IMG/VR virus record: IMGVR_UViG_3300049019_000116
Location: 1-42,908 of that record
DNA: 42,908 bases
Origin: a virus
Taxonomy: Duplodnaviria; Caudoviricetes
Reading direction: 5' to 3' (one strand)
Position 1 is the stretch's first letter. Every line of letters starts with the position of its first letter. Under the pieces are notes generated by a model, which saw only the letters and a list, made by a program, of their open reading frames with translations, did not search any database and had not been told where the DNA came from. Below, piece after piece: positions 18,410-27,511 of this stretch. The translations under genes and the position numbers were made by a program.

Positions 18410-18721
18410 ATGGCTTACTTCTCAAATGGTACCGAAGGCATGGTCTTCGATGATCAGTGTGGTAGGTGCAAATACGGTGAACACCCTTGCCCTATTGCCT
18501 TAGTGCAGATCAATTACAATTACGATGCTGCAAATAATAAAGTCGCATCAGACATTCTGAATAGTCTGGTGAAAGACGACGGGACTTGTGAAATGTACGA
18601 GACCTTCAAACAGGATCTGGCTATCGATCCAAATCAAACTAAGTCTTTTTTAAACAATTTAAATCCCCAAATAAAAAATGAGCAATTTGTCAATTACAGG
18701 AAAGTTTATCGCGGCCGGTAA
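18410..18721 (+). CDS. Cys-containing hypothetical phage protein
   Basis: YFSNGTEG, CGRC, CPI, TCEM. Confidence 0.6.
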   Translation: MAYFSNGTEGMVFDDQCGRCKYGEHPCPIALVQINYNYDAANNKVASDILNSLVKDDGTCEMYETFKQDLAIDPNQTKSFLNNLNPQIKNEQFVNYRKVYRGR

Positions 18722-19076
18722 GACCGAGTCCGTAGGACAAAATGGATTCAAGATCAGAAGATTTTGGATTGATGTACCCAACAATCAAAGTGACACAAGG
18801 AATACTCCAGAATTTCAACTTACAGGTGAAAAGTGTTCTCTTGTAGAAAACTTTAAGCCTGGTGATGAGCTGGAGTTGTTTTTTAATGTCAATGGCAAAA
18901 AGTGGGAAAAGGAATCTACCGACGAAAATGGCATGCCTGTTAAAAAAAGCGGTGTTAACACTAACCTAAATGTCTGGAAGATTCAGAAAATCACCAGGCA
19001 GGCCGCATCGGTAGTAAGTACAGAATCAGAAGTCGTTGCTTCAAACGGCGAGGCTGTAAATGATCTTCCATTCTAA
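18678..19076 (+). CDS. SSB-like protein (DUF3127)
   Basis: OB-fold pattern, FNVNGKKW, LNVWKI, acidic tail ending NDLPF. Confidence 0.8.
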   Translation: MSNLSITGKFIAAGKTESVGQNGFKIRRFWIDVPNNQSDTRNTPEFQLTGEKCSLVENFKPGDELELFFNVNGKKWEKESTDENGMPVKKSGVNTNLNVWKIQKITRQAASVVSTESEVVASNGEAVNDLPF

Positions 19077-19088
19077 AAAACTAAAAAG

Positions 19089-19286
19089 ATGTTTGTTCTA
19101 ATCGAAAACAATGAGAGGTACGGCGCTAAGGGCCGTACCATTTCAAACCACGAATACAATCGCCTCCCTATTGCTGATCAGAAGATGTTCAAAAGATGGG
19201 TAGTAGGCGAAAATCTCCAAAGTCTAGCGCCGAATGTTTCTTTAAAAGGGGGTGCGGGGGAAGTAAGTAAAAAGTTAAAAGTTTAA
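19089..19286 (+). CDS. Hypothetical protein
   Basis: A-rich leader, in operon. Confidence 0.45.
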   Translation: MFVLIENNERYGAKGRTISNHEYNRLPIADQKMFKRWVVGENLQSLAPNVSLKGGAGEVSKKLKV

Positions 19287-19298
19287 AAGTAAAAAGTT

Positions 19299-19556
19299 AT
19301 GATATACAAATTCGATAGCACTAGGGGTTCATTAGAACTTAGTAAGGAAGGTACGGGGAAGGATGCCCTTTTAAAGGTCAATGTAGTCTCTTCAGGGGAA
19401 AAAATCATCCTCTTAAATATGAATAACATCAATGACCTTCGAGATGTCCTTTATCAAATAAAGAGCAAGTGGGAAAAAGAATTGGGCTTCGTCGATCCTG
19501 ATTTAGCTTTTAAAGTTAACCAAGCCGATAACGAACCCAGACCAGGCACAATCTGA
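19299..19556 (+). CDS. Hypothetical protein
   Basis: In operon. Confidence 0.5.
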   Translation: MIYKFDSTRGSLELSKEGTGKDALLKVNVVSSGEKIILLNMNNINDLRDVLYQIKSKWEKELGFVDPDLAFKVNQADNEPRPGTI

Positions 19557-19624
19557 CCCAAAACGGAAGCCGAAAGTGAGTTGCTTTTTCTTTTCAAAAA
19601 AAACTCGCGCGTATACCGTTTTCT

Positions 19625-19892
19625 GTTCGCAACCGTCGCATCGATCGCAATACAATTTAAGCAATGAAGGACTGTCTTTTTATACTGTTAATAATCAATA
19701 ATATATAATATAAAATAATATGTATAGATATAAGAATAGTACAATAACTCGATGCGACGGAATGCGACGGTTGCGACGAATGCCGAACGCCCTATTTGCG
19801 TTCGCAATGAATTCGGCATTATTGCGAATACTAAAGTGTCTGTGTATTAATGTTTTAACTCATATTGCGACGAATGCGACGATGCGAACGCA
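19625..19892. repeat. Putative replication origin: TGCGA iterons in both orientations around an AT-rich core
   Basis: Three TCGCA at 19625-19651; AT-rich 19677-19748; TGCGAC clusters at 19752-19778 and 19865-19889. Confidence 0.65.
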
Positions 19893-19947
19893 AATATGTG
19901 CCTAGGAAAAAATAAATTAAAAAAATCACCCAAAAACGGACTTTATA

Positions 19948-20319
19948 ATGAAAATCAAAAGCAAATACCCCGACAATGACGAATCAAACAATTGTTTTAT
20001 CTCCATGTCTGTGGCTTCAGGTTATATATACCTTGGGCCTGGATTGGTAGAGTTGATGAATATTAAGGAAAAGGAAAAGGTTGAATTATGGGAAACAGAA
20101 TCTGGTGAATGGCTTATTTTGAAAGGGGATAAGGTTGGATTTTCTCTGAGAGGAACATCAAATATTAATGATATCTCTCTGAAAATTTTTTCATTGAAAT
20201 TCATAAAGACCTTTCTGGAAAAATGCGGAATAGAAGACGTTATGAGCAGCAGCAGATTTGTTGTTGAAAAGGATCCCATAGAATTCGAAGGCCGATTGAT
20301 GTATTTAATCAATACATAA
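19948..20319 (+). CDS. Hypothetical protein
   Basis: 123 aa ORF. Confidence 0.55.
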   Translation: MKIKSKYPDNDESNNCFISMSVASGYIYLGPGLVELMNIKEKEKVELWETESGEWLILKGDKVGFSLRGTSNINDISLKIFSLKFIKTFLEKCGIEDVMSSSRFVVEKDPIEFEGRLMYLINT

Positions 20320-20648
20320 TGAAAACATACCCAATCTATTTACAGCATGAAGAGAGTAACCGAGAAATAAAGGTTATTTCTGAAAACTCGGTATATGAAG
20401 CCCAGGTACTTGGATTGAAGAATGGATCTTTTTTCCATGGCAGATCATTTATGGTTTTCCCCTTCTATTGTTTCAGACAAAAAAAGTATGTCACATATGA
20501 TGAATATGTCTCAGGAGAATTCAAAAGATCTGATGAACACGGGTATGTAACAATGCTTAAAAACTACTGGGAGATAGATAAAACATTGAGAAACATCTTT
20601 CATTCCAAGTATGGATTCATTGACAACACCAACAATCAATCATTTTAA
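20319..20648 (+). CDS. Hypothetical protein
   Basis: TAATG coupling. Confidence 0.55.
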   Translation: MKTYPIYLQHEESNREIKVISENSVYEAQVLGLKNGSFFHGRSFMVFPFYCFRQKKYVTYDEYVSGEFKRSDEHGYVTMLKNYWEIDKTLRNIFHSKYGFIDNTNNQSF

Positions 20649-20651
20649 AAA

Positions 20652-21221
20652 ATGAGCAATACCCTATCAGAAGAATTACAACAATTAACAACCGAATACT
20701 ATCAGGATCCGGTGATGAACCTCGATCTTTTGAAAAAAATAGAAAATGTACGCCAACAATTAGAGACATCATTTATGAAGACTGTCACCATCCCCATATC
20801 GAAGCATGTAAAACAATTATTAATAAGTATGTACGGACACGAACCTGTTGATATTTCTAGGGTCGTATCCGAATCGGACCTACGTAAATTCAAACTGAGC
20901 GTGGATCGTCCCGAACCTACAAAGGAAGACAGGCACCGCACCACACTCCAACTTTCGTACCCCGAATCTATGATGGATGTATTTTACTTTAACCGGTATT
21001 TCTACCAGGTCGAAGAGTACTTCAATGGACTATTCGAAGTGGAAATGATCAAGCACGTCACCATTCTGAAAAGGGGCGGCGGAAAAGTTGTTAATAGTAT
21101 TATCGATTTCTTCCAGGCTCACCAGATCGACGAAGCCAGCCTCGATATCGACAATCTGAGGCAGATATGGTACAGGCATCAGGAGAAGTTAAAAGTAAAA
21201 AGTAAAAAGGTAAAAGTATGA
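20652..21221 (+). CDS. Putative DNA-binding regulator, paralog of 22221..22748
   Basis: TVTIPISKHVKQLLISMYG and IIDFFQAHQIDEASLDIDNLRQIWYR align with the paralog. Confidence 0.55.
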   Translation: MSNTLSEELQQLTTEYYQDPVMNLDLLKKIENVRQQLETSFMKTVTIPISKHVKQLLISMYGHEPVDISRVVSESDLRKFKLSVDRPEPTKEDRHRTTLQLSYPESMMDVFYFNRYFYQVEEYFNGLFEVEMIKHVTILKRGGGKVVNSIIDFFQAHQIDEASLDIDNLRQIWYRHQEKLKVKSKKVKV

Positions 21222-21224
21222 ACG

Positions 21225-21500
21225 ATGGGACACTTCATCAGAGGCAAAAAGCCAAAGCCTGAAAAGATCGATACCAGGCACCAAATAGTTCTATCTCTCA
21301 ATGAACTGAAGATTACTTTGGAAGAGTTGGGAAAAAATGGATTTAAAGAGTTTATTAGCCACTACATAATACTTACCAGTGTCGAGGCTTACGAATGGCT
21401 TTTGAAAGAGGGTTTTGTTTCGGAAAAAAAAATGAACCCTTCGGAAAGTAAAAAAAGCCCTTTGAAAAGTTTCTTTCGTGATGAAGGATTGATCTATTAA
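21225..21500 (+). CDS. Hypothetical protein
   Basis: Last gene before a terminator. Confidence 0.5.
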   Translation: MGHFIRGKKPKPEKIDTRHQIVLSLNELKITLEELGKNGFKEFISHYIILTSVEAYEWLLKEGFVSEKKMNPSESKKSPLKSFFRDEGLIY

Positions 21501-21542
21501 TTTAGAATCAGAACAAAGAAATAAAGTGTGATTAAAAATTTT

Positions 21543-21574
21543 AAAAGGCTTCCTACCTAGTGAAGCCTTTTTTT
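21543..21574 (+). terminator. Intrinsic terminator ending the early/middle operon
   Basis: aaaaggcttc-N9-gaagcc followed by T7. Confidence 0.8.
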
Positions 21575-21600
21575 ATGAAATTAACTCACTAGCTCCACTC

Positions 21601-21628
21601 CTGACAGCTGATAGCTGAAACCTGATAG
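21601..21628 (+). repeat. Heptamer tandem repeat (CTGAnAG/C) x4
   Basis: ctgacag ctgatag ctgaaac ctgatag. Confidence 0.8.
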
Positions 21629-21741
21629 CTAAATGCAATTTATTGCATTTCCTTACTCCAAACTGACTTTTATTGATACACACTTGTTACACAAATCTGT
21701 GCGACGATTGGCTATCATTATAACTCAAAATCGCGCCAACG

Positions 21742-22224
21742 ATGAAACTTCAATTCCTGGTTATTCACTGCACGGCTACGCCTGAGGGCAGAGCAGTTTC
21801 AAAGCAAGACATTATCAGAATGCATACTTCGGCTCCTCCTGAGGGGAGGGGCTGGAAAAAAGTCGGTTATTCTGACCTGATAACGCTTGAAGGAAGTCTG
21901 GTAAACCTGACGCCTTATAACCAGGATGACGAAGTGGATGCGTGGGAAATCACCAACGGAGTAAGGGGATACAATTCTATCAGCCGGCATATTGTATATG
22001 CGGGCGGTTGTGACAAACACCTGAATCCGAAGAATACACTCACCAAGGCGCAACACGAAACTTTAAAAGCTTATGTATTAAATCTCATTACACTTAAACC
22101 AGCTATAAAAATCGCAGGTCATTACCAGTTAGACGCTGGTAAGGCCTGCCCTTCCTTTGATGTGCCGATGTACTTGCGTGCGATCGGAGTACCGGAAAAA
22201 AACATTTATAAAAAAGGTAAATGA
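21742..22224 (+). CDS. Endolysin, N-acetylmuramoyl-L-alanine amidase (T7 lysozyme-like)
   Basis: LVIHCTAT, GWKKVGY, GHYQL..KACPSFDV zinc-binding motifs. Confidence 0.92.
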   Translation: MKLQFLVIHCTATPEGRAVSKQDIIRMHTSAPPEGRGWKKVGYSDLITLEGSLVNLTPYNQDDEVDAWEITNGVRGYNSISRHIVYAGGCDKHLNPKNTLTKAQHETLKAYVLNLITLKPAIKIAGHYQLDAGKACPSFDVPMYLRAIGVPEKNIYKKGK

Positions 22225-22748
22225 TTATAGCCATAGCGATCGCAGTAAAGCCCCGGGTGAAAAAATACCTGATGAGGCTCTACGGTACCGACAAGATCAG
22301 ATTCAAAAAATCTTACGACCCTATCCACTTTCAGTTCCTGTCGCTACTCGACAGGCCTAGTATCACCTTCAGGAATCCCAACTATAAAAAGCTGGATTCT
22401 AAAGAGAAGGTCGAATTCCTAATTTCTGAGGATATGAAGGAAAGAAGCGGCTGTGTGGTATCGGAAGAAAATGTATTGCACTTCAACTTCTTTATTGATT
22501 ACCTCATCAAAAAGGAATTTTTCCTGTATGTAGATTCCTTTATCATCCGCAACACAAAGGACGGTGAAAGGGTGAGAATCAAAATCGCCATCGACAGGTT
22601 CATGGAAGAATACGAACTGACTGAAGATGATATAAAATTCGAAACCCTTAAAAAAGCCTACTACCGGTATAAGCGAAAAAAACAAAAAAAATGTTCGGTG
22701 AAATTGTCCCTGAAAAAGGTGAGAATGTCCCTGAAAAAATCAGCTTAG
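22221..22748 (+). CDS. Putative late transcription regulator
   Basis: IAVKPRVKKYL N-terminus, AIDRFMEEYELTEDDIKFETLKKAYYRY C-terminus, very basic; function is inferred. Confidence 0.5.
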   Translation: MIIAIAIAVKPRVKKYLMRLYGTDKIRFKKSYDPIHFQFLSLLDRPSITFRNPNYKKLDSKEKVEFLISEDMKERSGCVVSEENVLHFNFFIDYLIKKEFFLYVDSFIIRNTKDGERVRIKIAIDRFMEEYELTEDDIKFETLKKAYYRYKRKKQKKCSVKLSLKKVRMSLKKSA

Positions 22749-22754
22749 AAAAGG

Positions 22755-23300
22755 ATGCAGAATATCGATATAGAAGTAGGGGATAATCTGGGCGGTCTTG
22801 AAGTTTTGTACCTGGCCGATGTGGAGGATGTAGACTGGGAATCTTTCCCCGAAATATTAAATAATGTAGCACAAAGCAATATTGTACTACTGGGTGGGAA
22901 AAGCTGGTACATGCACAAATTTGTGCAGGAAACTTTGAGCTATTCGGAAGACGAGGAAGTTGGCAAACTGGGGATCTACTACAAAGCGCGCGTGAGCGGT
23001 ACCCTTCCTAAAGATTCGGTTACACTTTCGCAAGCCTTGAAAGAGCTGAGAGGTCGCCGGTTGATCATCGTCTACAAAGACAACAATGGAAATTATAAAC
23101 TCCTGGGCGACCGGGAAAATTATATGGAAGCCGTAAAAAGTTTCGACACTGAAAACAACTACTCAGGCAGAAATGCCTATAAGCTAAAATTCGAAGGTAA
23201 ACTGTTGCAAGAATCGGCATTCTATCAGGGGGATTTCTCCGGACTGCCAGATGAATTGACAGGAATATTTGATGATACATATGATTTAACATTCGAATAG
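22755..23300 (+). CDS. Tail tube-like protein, paralog of 32475..33083
   Basis: DNLGGLEVLYLA vs DNTAGIQQYIYA; LIIVYKDNNGNYKLLG vs LIFLVPEVDGQVRLLG. Confidence 0.6.
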   Translation: MQNIDIEVGDNLGGLEVLYLADVEDVDWESFPEILNNVAQSNIVLLGGKSWYMHKFVQETLSYSEDEEVGKLGIYYKARVSGTLPKDSVTLSQALKELRGRRLIIVYKDNNGNYKLLGDRENYMEAVKSFDTENNYSGRNAYKLKFEGKLLQESAFYQGDFSGLPDELTGIFDDTYDLTFE

Positions 23301-26300
23301 ATGTCGCAAAAAACGCGTTCAGCTTTACAATCACAGAAGAATACCATAAAAAACGAAACGGTACTGAAGGCAAACACCGCCCTTCGTGTCGGCCAGATGT
23401 TTGAAGACATAAACGATAGTTACATATCGTTCCTGGATGACATTGCCAACAACCTAACCACCGAAACAGCCGGCAAAGTACTGGATGCAAGACAAGGATT
23501 TGTATTGTATGCAGCACTTCAGGCTATAGAGAAAACCAGCTCGCTAGCTTTCACTATCGGGTATGGTGGCACAGGTGACAAACTTCTGAACTTCGGAACC
23601 GATGGAACTGGTATCCGTTTCAATGCGACCTCCAATGCAATAGAGTTTTCGAACGACGGTGCAACCTGGATTTCTTTGGGCCAAACCGGATCCGCATTCG
23701 ATAAGGGGTACTTCCCAGACGAAGCCACTTTAACAGCCAACTACCCAACCGCCACAAACGGCAGCTGGGCGTATGTCGGCACAAGCATAGTAACCAGGTG
23801 GACATGGCAATCTGGTTTGGGTTGGGTAAACACCGGAGACGAAATTTCCTTCCTTGCCGAATCCGTTGCAACGCCTGGAAGTACAAAGCTAATCACCTCA
23901 GGCGGCGTGTATACAGCACTCGCAGGAAAAGCCTCATCAGTTCACAGCCATGCGATAGCGGAGATAACAGGATTACAGGCGGCATTGGATGCCAAATTGA
24001 ATTCTGATGACCTGGAAAGCAGGATATTTCAATTTGTTGTCGATCACTTCAAGTTCGGCGACAATATTGGTATTATCACAAATACCACTACTTTAGATGT
24101 CACGTTCAATGTTTCCACTCCGACCGGTGGAACGATAGATATTAGCGCCATCCCTGAGGCAGGAGGCGTAAAGGCCTTCTCAACCGGCGGAGCATTCACA
24201 GAATTTGCAAAGTATATTCAAAGAGCTGCATACACTGCAGTTACTTTCGCTTCTACGATTGCCACCAACGTCGCCAACAATTTCATATCAAAATTTAAAA
24301 TAGCAGCAACCGGCAATTTTGCAGTCACGCTTGCAAGTACGGCGTCCGACGCGCAGCTGATCTATTACAAAGTAAAACTCACCGGCACCACTTCGCTTGA
24401 AATGAGTCTGCCTTCCTCTGTTTTGGAAGATGGATTGCCGATTACTGGGAATAAGATATTATTAGCCGGCGCCATCGGGTCTGAGCATATTGTCTGTTTG
24501 GAGAAAGATGGGAGCTTTTGGGATTTGTATAGGAAAAAGCCGATTGAAGTCGGCGTAAGTGCCTTTGCGGATCTGGAAGGAAATGCGAGGGACAATGCGG
24601 ATTTGAATAGTGAGTTGGATCAGGTTTTGACTGATGCACAGAACTACACAGATAATGCTGTAGATGCCGCGGTAGTAGGATTGTACGACGACAGAGGAAA
24701 CCACGATGCATCTACTAATTTATTCCCATCTTCAGGTGGAAGTGGTACAGCTGGCGCGATATTAAAAGGTGACATCTGGACTATATCAGTAGCGGGAACT
24801 TTGGGAGGAGAGGGAGTAATACCGGGGCAAACGGTAAGAGCAAAAGTAGACTCACCCGGAACGACTGCTGGTAATTGGGCTATAAGCGACTCAGTAAATT
24901 CTTTTGTACTAAACGATTCATTTACCTCTGTTGTCCTATTTAACAAAAAGGATTCGTGGGTAGCGGAACAGATAATGTCGGCCGATATATCTTTTACACT
25001 GGCCGGATCTGGTCACCTTGCAAGACCTTGCACAAGGCGATTCACAATAACTGCCGACGGTGTTCATAAGATATTCTTCAATACGAGCTTTGAGTTCAAA
25101 TCGGGCATTAATTCAGGCGACGTTCTTGCAGCGGGAACATACAGATTATGGATGTATTGGGATGGTGTTTCAAAGGTAGACGTTTCGCTCCCAAGCGGGG
25201 TATTTACAGCAAATGATACCACTCCGCCAGTCGTTTCATCCGTTTCAATGTCTAACACGTGGGCCTATATTTCAACCCTTAATTATACATTAAGCGAAGC
25301 GGGTACTATATTTTGGGCGGCTTACCCAAGCGCGGACTCTCTACACACTAAGGCAGAGATAGAAGCAGGTGGGGCAGGAGCTGCGGCATACGGGAGTTAC
25401 AACTCTGCGTCTGGAACACAAGCAATTGTGATAGAAGGGCTAGCTCCTGGTACGTCGTACAAGATTCATTATTTCGCGAAAGATGCAGTGCTGAATGAAA
25501 GTTCAGCAGCCTTGACAAGTACCATTACTACGATGTCGGCGATTAATTATGCTGCCTTAACGTCTCTTCAGCTTATTTTGGATGATGCTGGATTGGCTAC
25601 TAATACAGATAATCTTTATGGTACAGTAGACGCTTCAAACAATGTCACTGCTTGGAAATCATTAGCTCCTGGGCCTACTGGAAGAAACTTTGCCGTAAAT
25701 GGAACTGGTGTAACACTTGCAAGCGGCGTTAATTTTGGTGGTTCTGGATCTTTGAGATGTACAGACCGTGCGTCTTTTAAGTTTCTTCACTATCACGCCT
25801 CTGGCATAGCATCATTAAAGTTCACATGTTACGCAGTAATAAAATTCGCAGACTTGTCTGATCCCAATTATTCCGTTATGCTTTTCGGGAATAATGGAAC
25901 TTCGAGCGCAAATATCGGAATACAATTAGGTTATGCCGATAATGGGTCAAATGCAGAGAATGCGCTCACTATGCTGATATCGAACGGTGGTAATGTTGTT
26001 CACCGGTCGTTTGTGGTTGGATCTCCAGACGTGTACAATAACAATGTTATCACTCCGAATCAGATGCTTGTATTCTGCCTCGATTTTGATGGTAGCAGGT
26101 CTGTTGCAAACAGAATAACTCTTAAGATAAACGGCATTACACAGAATTTATCTAGTCAATCAACCGCATCTAGTTCTCTGAATAGCGGTAACTCGACATA
26201 TGACTTAGAGCTTTCAGCCGGCGGAAATGCTGCACTCAGAAACAATTCAGTCATAAGAACTTTGATTCTTCAGGATGCGGTGGATTCTGGATCTACGCAA

Positions 26301-26342
26301 AATTATTTTATTAAGGAACTAATGTCAAAATACGGATTATGA
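23301..26342 (+). CDS. Multi-domain tail fibre / receptor-binding protein
   Basis: NTALRVG anchor, HSHAIAEITGLQAALDAK tail repeat, FN3-like GLAPGTSYKIHYFAKD, lectin-like C-terminus. Confidence 0.8.
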   Translation: MSQKTRSALQSQKNTIKNETVLKANTALRVGQMFEDINDSYISFLDDIANNLTTETAGKVLDARQGFVLYAALQAIEKTSSLAFTIGYGGTGDKLLNFGTDGTGIRFNATSNAIEFSNDGATWISLGQTGSAFDKGYFPDEATLTANYPTATNGSWAYVGTSIVTRWTWQSGLGWVNTGDEISFLAESVATPGSTKLITSGGVYTALAGKASSVHSHAIAEITGLQAALDAKLNSDDLESRIFQFVVDHFKFGDNIGIITNTTTLDVTFNVSTPTGGTIDISAIPEAGGVKAFSTGGAFTEFAKYIQRAAYTAVTFASTIATNVANNFISKFKIAATGNFAVTLASTASDAQLIYYKVKLTGTTSLEMSLPSSVLEDGLPITGNKILLAGAIGSEHIVCLEKDGSFWDLYRKKPIEVGVSAFADLEGNARDNADLNSELDQVLTDAQNYTDNAVDAAVVGLYDDRGNHDASTNLFPSSGGSGTAGAILKGDIWTISVAGTLGGEGVIPGQTVRAKVDSPGTTAGNWAISDSVNSFVLNDSFTSVVLFNKKDSWVAEQIMSADISFTLAGSGHLARPCTRRFTITADGVHKIFFNTSFEFKSGINSGDVLAAGTYRLWMYWDGVSKVDVSLPSGVFTANDTTPPVVSSVSMSNTWAYISTLNYTLSEAGTIFWAAYPSADSLHTKAEIEAGGAGAAAYGSYNSASGTQAIVIEGLAPGTSYKIHYFAKDAVLNESSAALTSTITTMSAINYAALTSLQLILDDAGLATNTDNLYGTVDASNNVTAWKSLAPGPTGRNFAVNGTGVTLASGVNFGGSGSLRCTDRASFKFLHYHASGIASLKFTCYAVIKFADLSDPNYSVMLFGNNGTSSANIGIQLGYADNGSNAENALTMLISNGGNVVHRSFVVGSPDVYNNNVITPNQMLVFCLDFDGSRSVANRITLKINGITQNLSSQSTASSSLNSGNSTYDLELSAGGNAALRNNSVIRTLILQDAVDSGSTQNYFIKELMSKYGL

Positions 26343-27490
26343 TAGGTTTCTTCGCATTTACACAGTCATACGAACCCATCGTTGATCCTGAGACGATAGT
26401 GGATGAGACTAAGACTTATTCAGTTATTGATACATTAAGTGAGTCAACTTATTACTTGTCTACCTGCTTAGATCAAAGCCCTGTTAATTCAGATATTATA
26501 CTTCAGGTTTTCACGAGGTGGAGTTCTGCGGGGCACAAATTCTCCGAAAATAGCACAATAGGGTTTAGGAAGTCAATAAATAAGGGCTTAACATGGGGAC
26601 TTCCTGGCACCGCGTACAACCCTGCCGGAAATCTCGGGATAATAGATATGGGTGGAGGGTTTGGGTCAAATGGAAAGTGGCACGGGTTTGCTGATCAGCA
26701 TTTAGGAGACGGTGCAGGAAATAATATAAGCACATCTCCAACGCTAATTTATTTTAACACATCGGATTATGGCGACAATTGGACTGTAACAGACATTTCC
26801 TCTATTATGCCGGGCGACGACAAAACGGTAATGAGAACTTACGGCAACCTGATTCACAATAACGGTGTGCTGATGTCTTCAATGTACATGGCAAAACCCG
26901 ACTTTACATCTACCTCTATCTTCTTAATAAGAAGTACCGATGATGGCGCGACGTGGACGCTTGTTAATGTTTATACAGGATCTACATACATTAATGAAGG
27001 AACGATGATTCATCTGGGGGGCGACAATCTTCTTCTGATCGCTAGAAATGAATCAACAAAAGAGTGGAATCAATTTAGAAGCTCTGATAACGGCTTAACG
27101 TGGACGAATCAAGGGAACTTGCCCCTGGGCGAATCATTTAGCGCCGCAAGCCCTGGAAAGCTAGTGAAGTTCTTAATCAATGAAACCCCTGTGATAGCTT
27201 TTTATTACCCAAACAGGGGTAGCAATCCGAGGCTGCTCAAAGTTGTCTACGCGAAGGCATCAGATCTGATCTCTAACGGAATTGCAGGCTGGAATCTTCC
27301 AACTAAAACGACTATCAACAACAGCTCTACTTATTGGCATTATGGTGATGTCTGTCATTATAACAACAATTTCAATGCTATTGCTTCATATGCAAAAGAA
27401 GGATCAACGGCTTTTGTTGCTAATTCACTTTTGACTTTTCATATGACTTCGACTCATTATCAAAGCGTGAAAACTGCTTTGGGAATTTAA
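26339..27490 (+). CDS. BNR/Asp-box beta-propeller, sialidase-like
   Basis: Asp boxes SINKGLTW, TSDYGDNW, STDDGATW and SSDNGLTW; INEGT...LIARNE. Confidence 0.8.
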   Translation: MIGFFAFTQSYEPIVDPETIVDETKTYSVIDTLSESTYYLSTCLDQSPVNSDIILQVFTRWSSAGHKFSENSTIGFRKSINKGLTWGLPGTAYNPAGNLGIIDMGGGFGSNGKWHGFADQHLGDGAGNNISTSPTLIYFNTSDYGDNWTVTDISSIMPGDDKTVMRTYGNLIHNNGVLMSSMYMAKPDFTSTSIFLIRSTDDGATWTLVNVYTGSTYINEGTMIHLGGDNLLLIARNESTKEWNQFRSSDNGLTWTNQGNLPLGESFSAASPGKLVKFLINETPVIAFYYPNRGSNPRLLKVVYAKASDLISNGIAGWNLPTKTTINNSSTYWHYGDVCHYNNNFNAIASYAKEGSTAFVANSLLTFHMTSTHYQSVKTALGI

Positions 27491-27511
27491 AATTTAGATA
27501 TTTAAGAAACC

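Noticed and set aside
19625-19892. CRISPR mini-array
   Set aside because: Units are 5-10 bp with no repeat-spacer periodicity, and there are no cas genes
19720-19905. 61-aa ORF
   Set aside because: It is a translation of the TGCGA iteron array and looks non-coding
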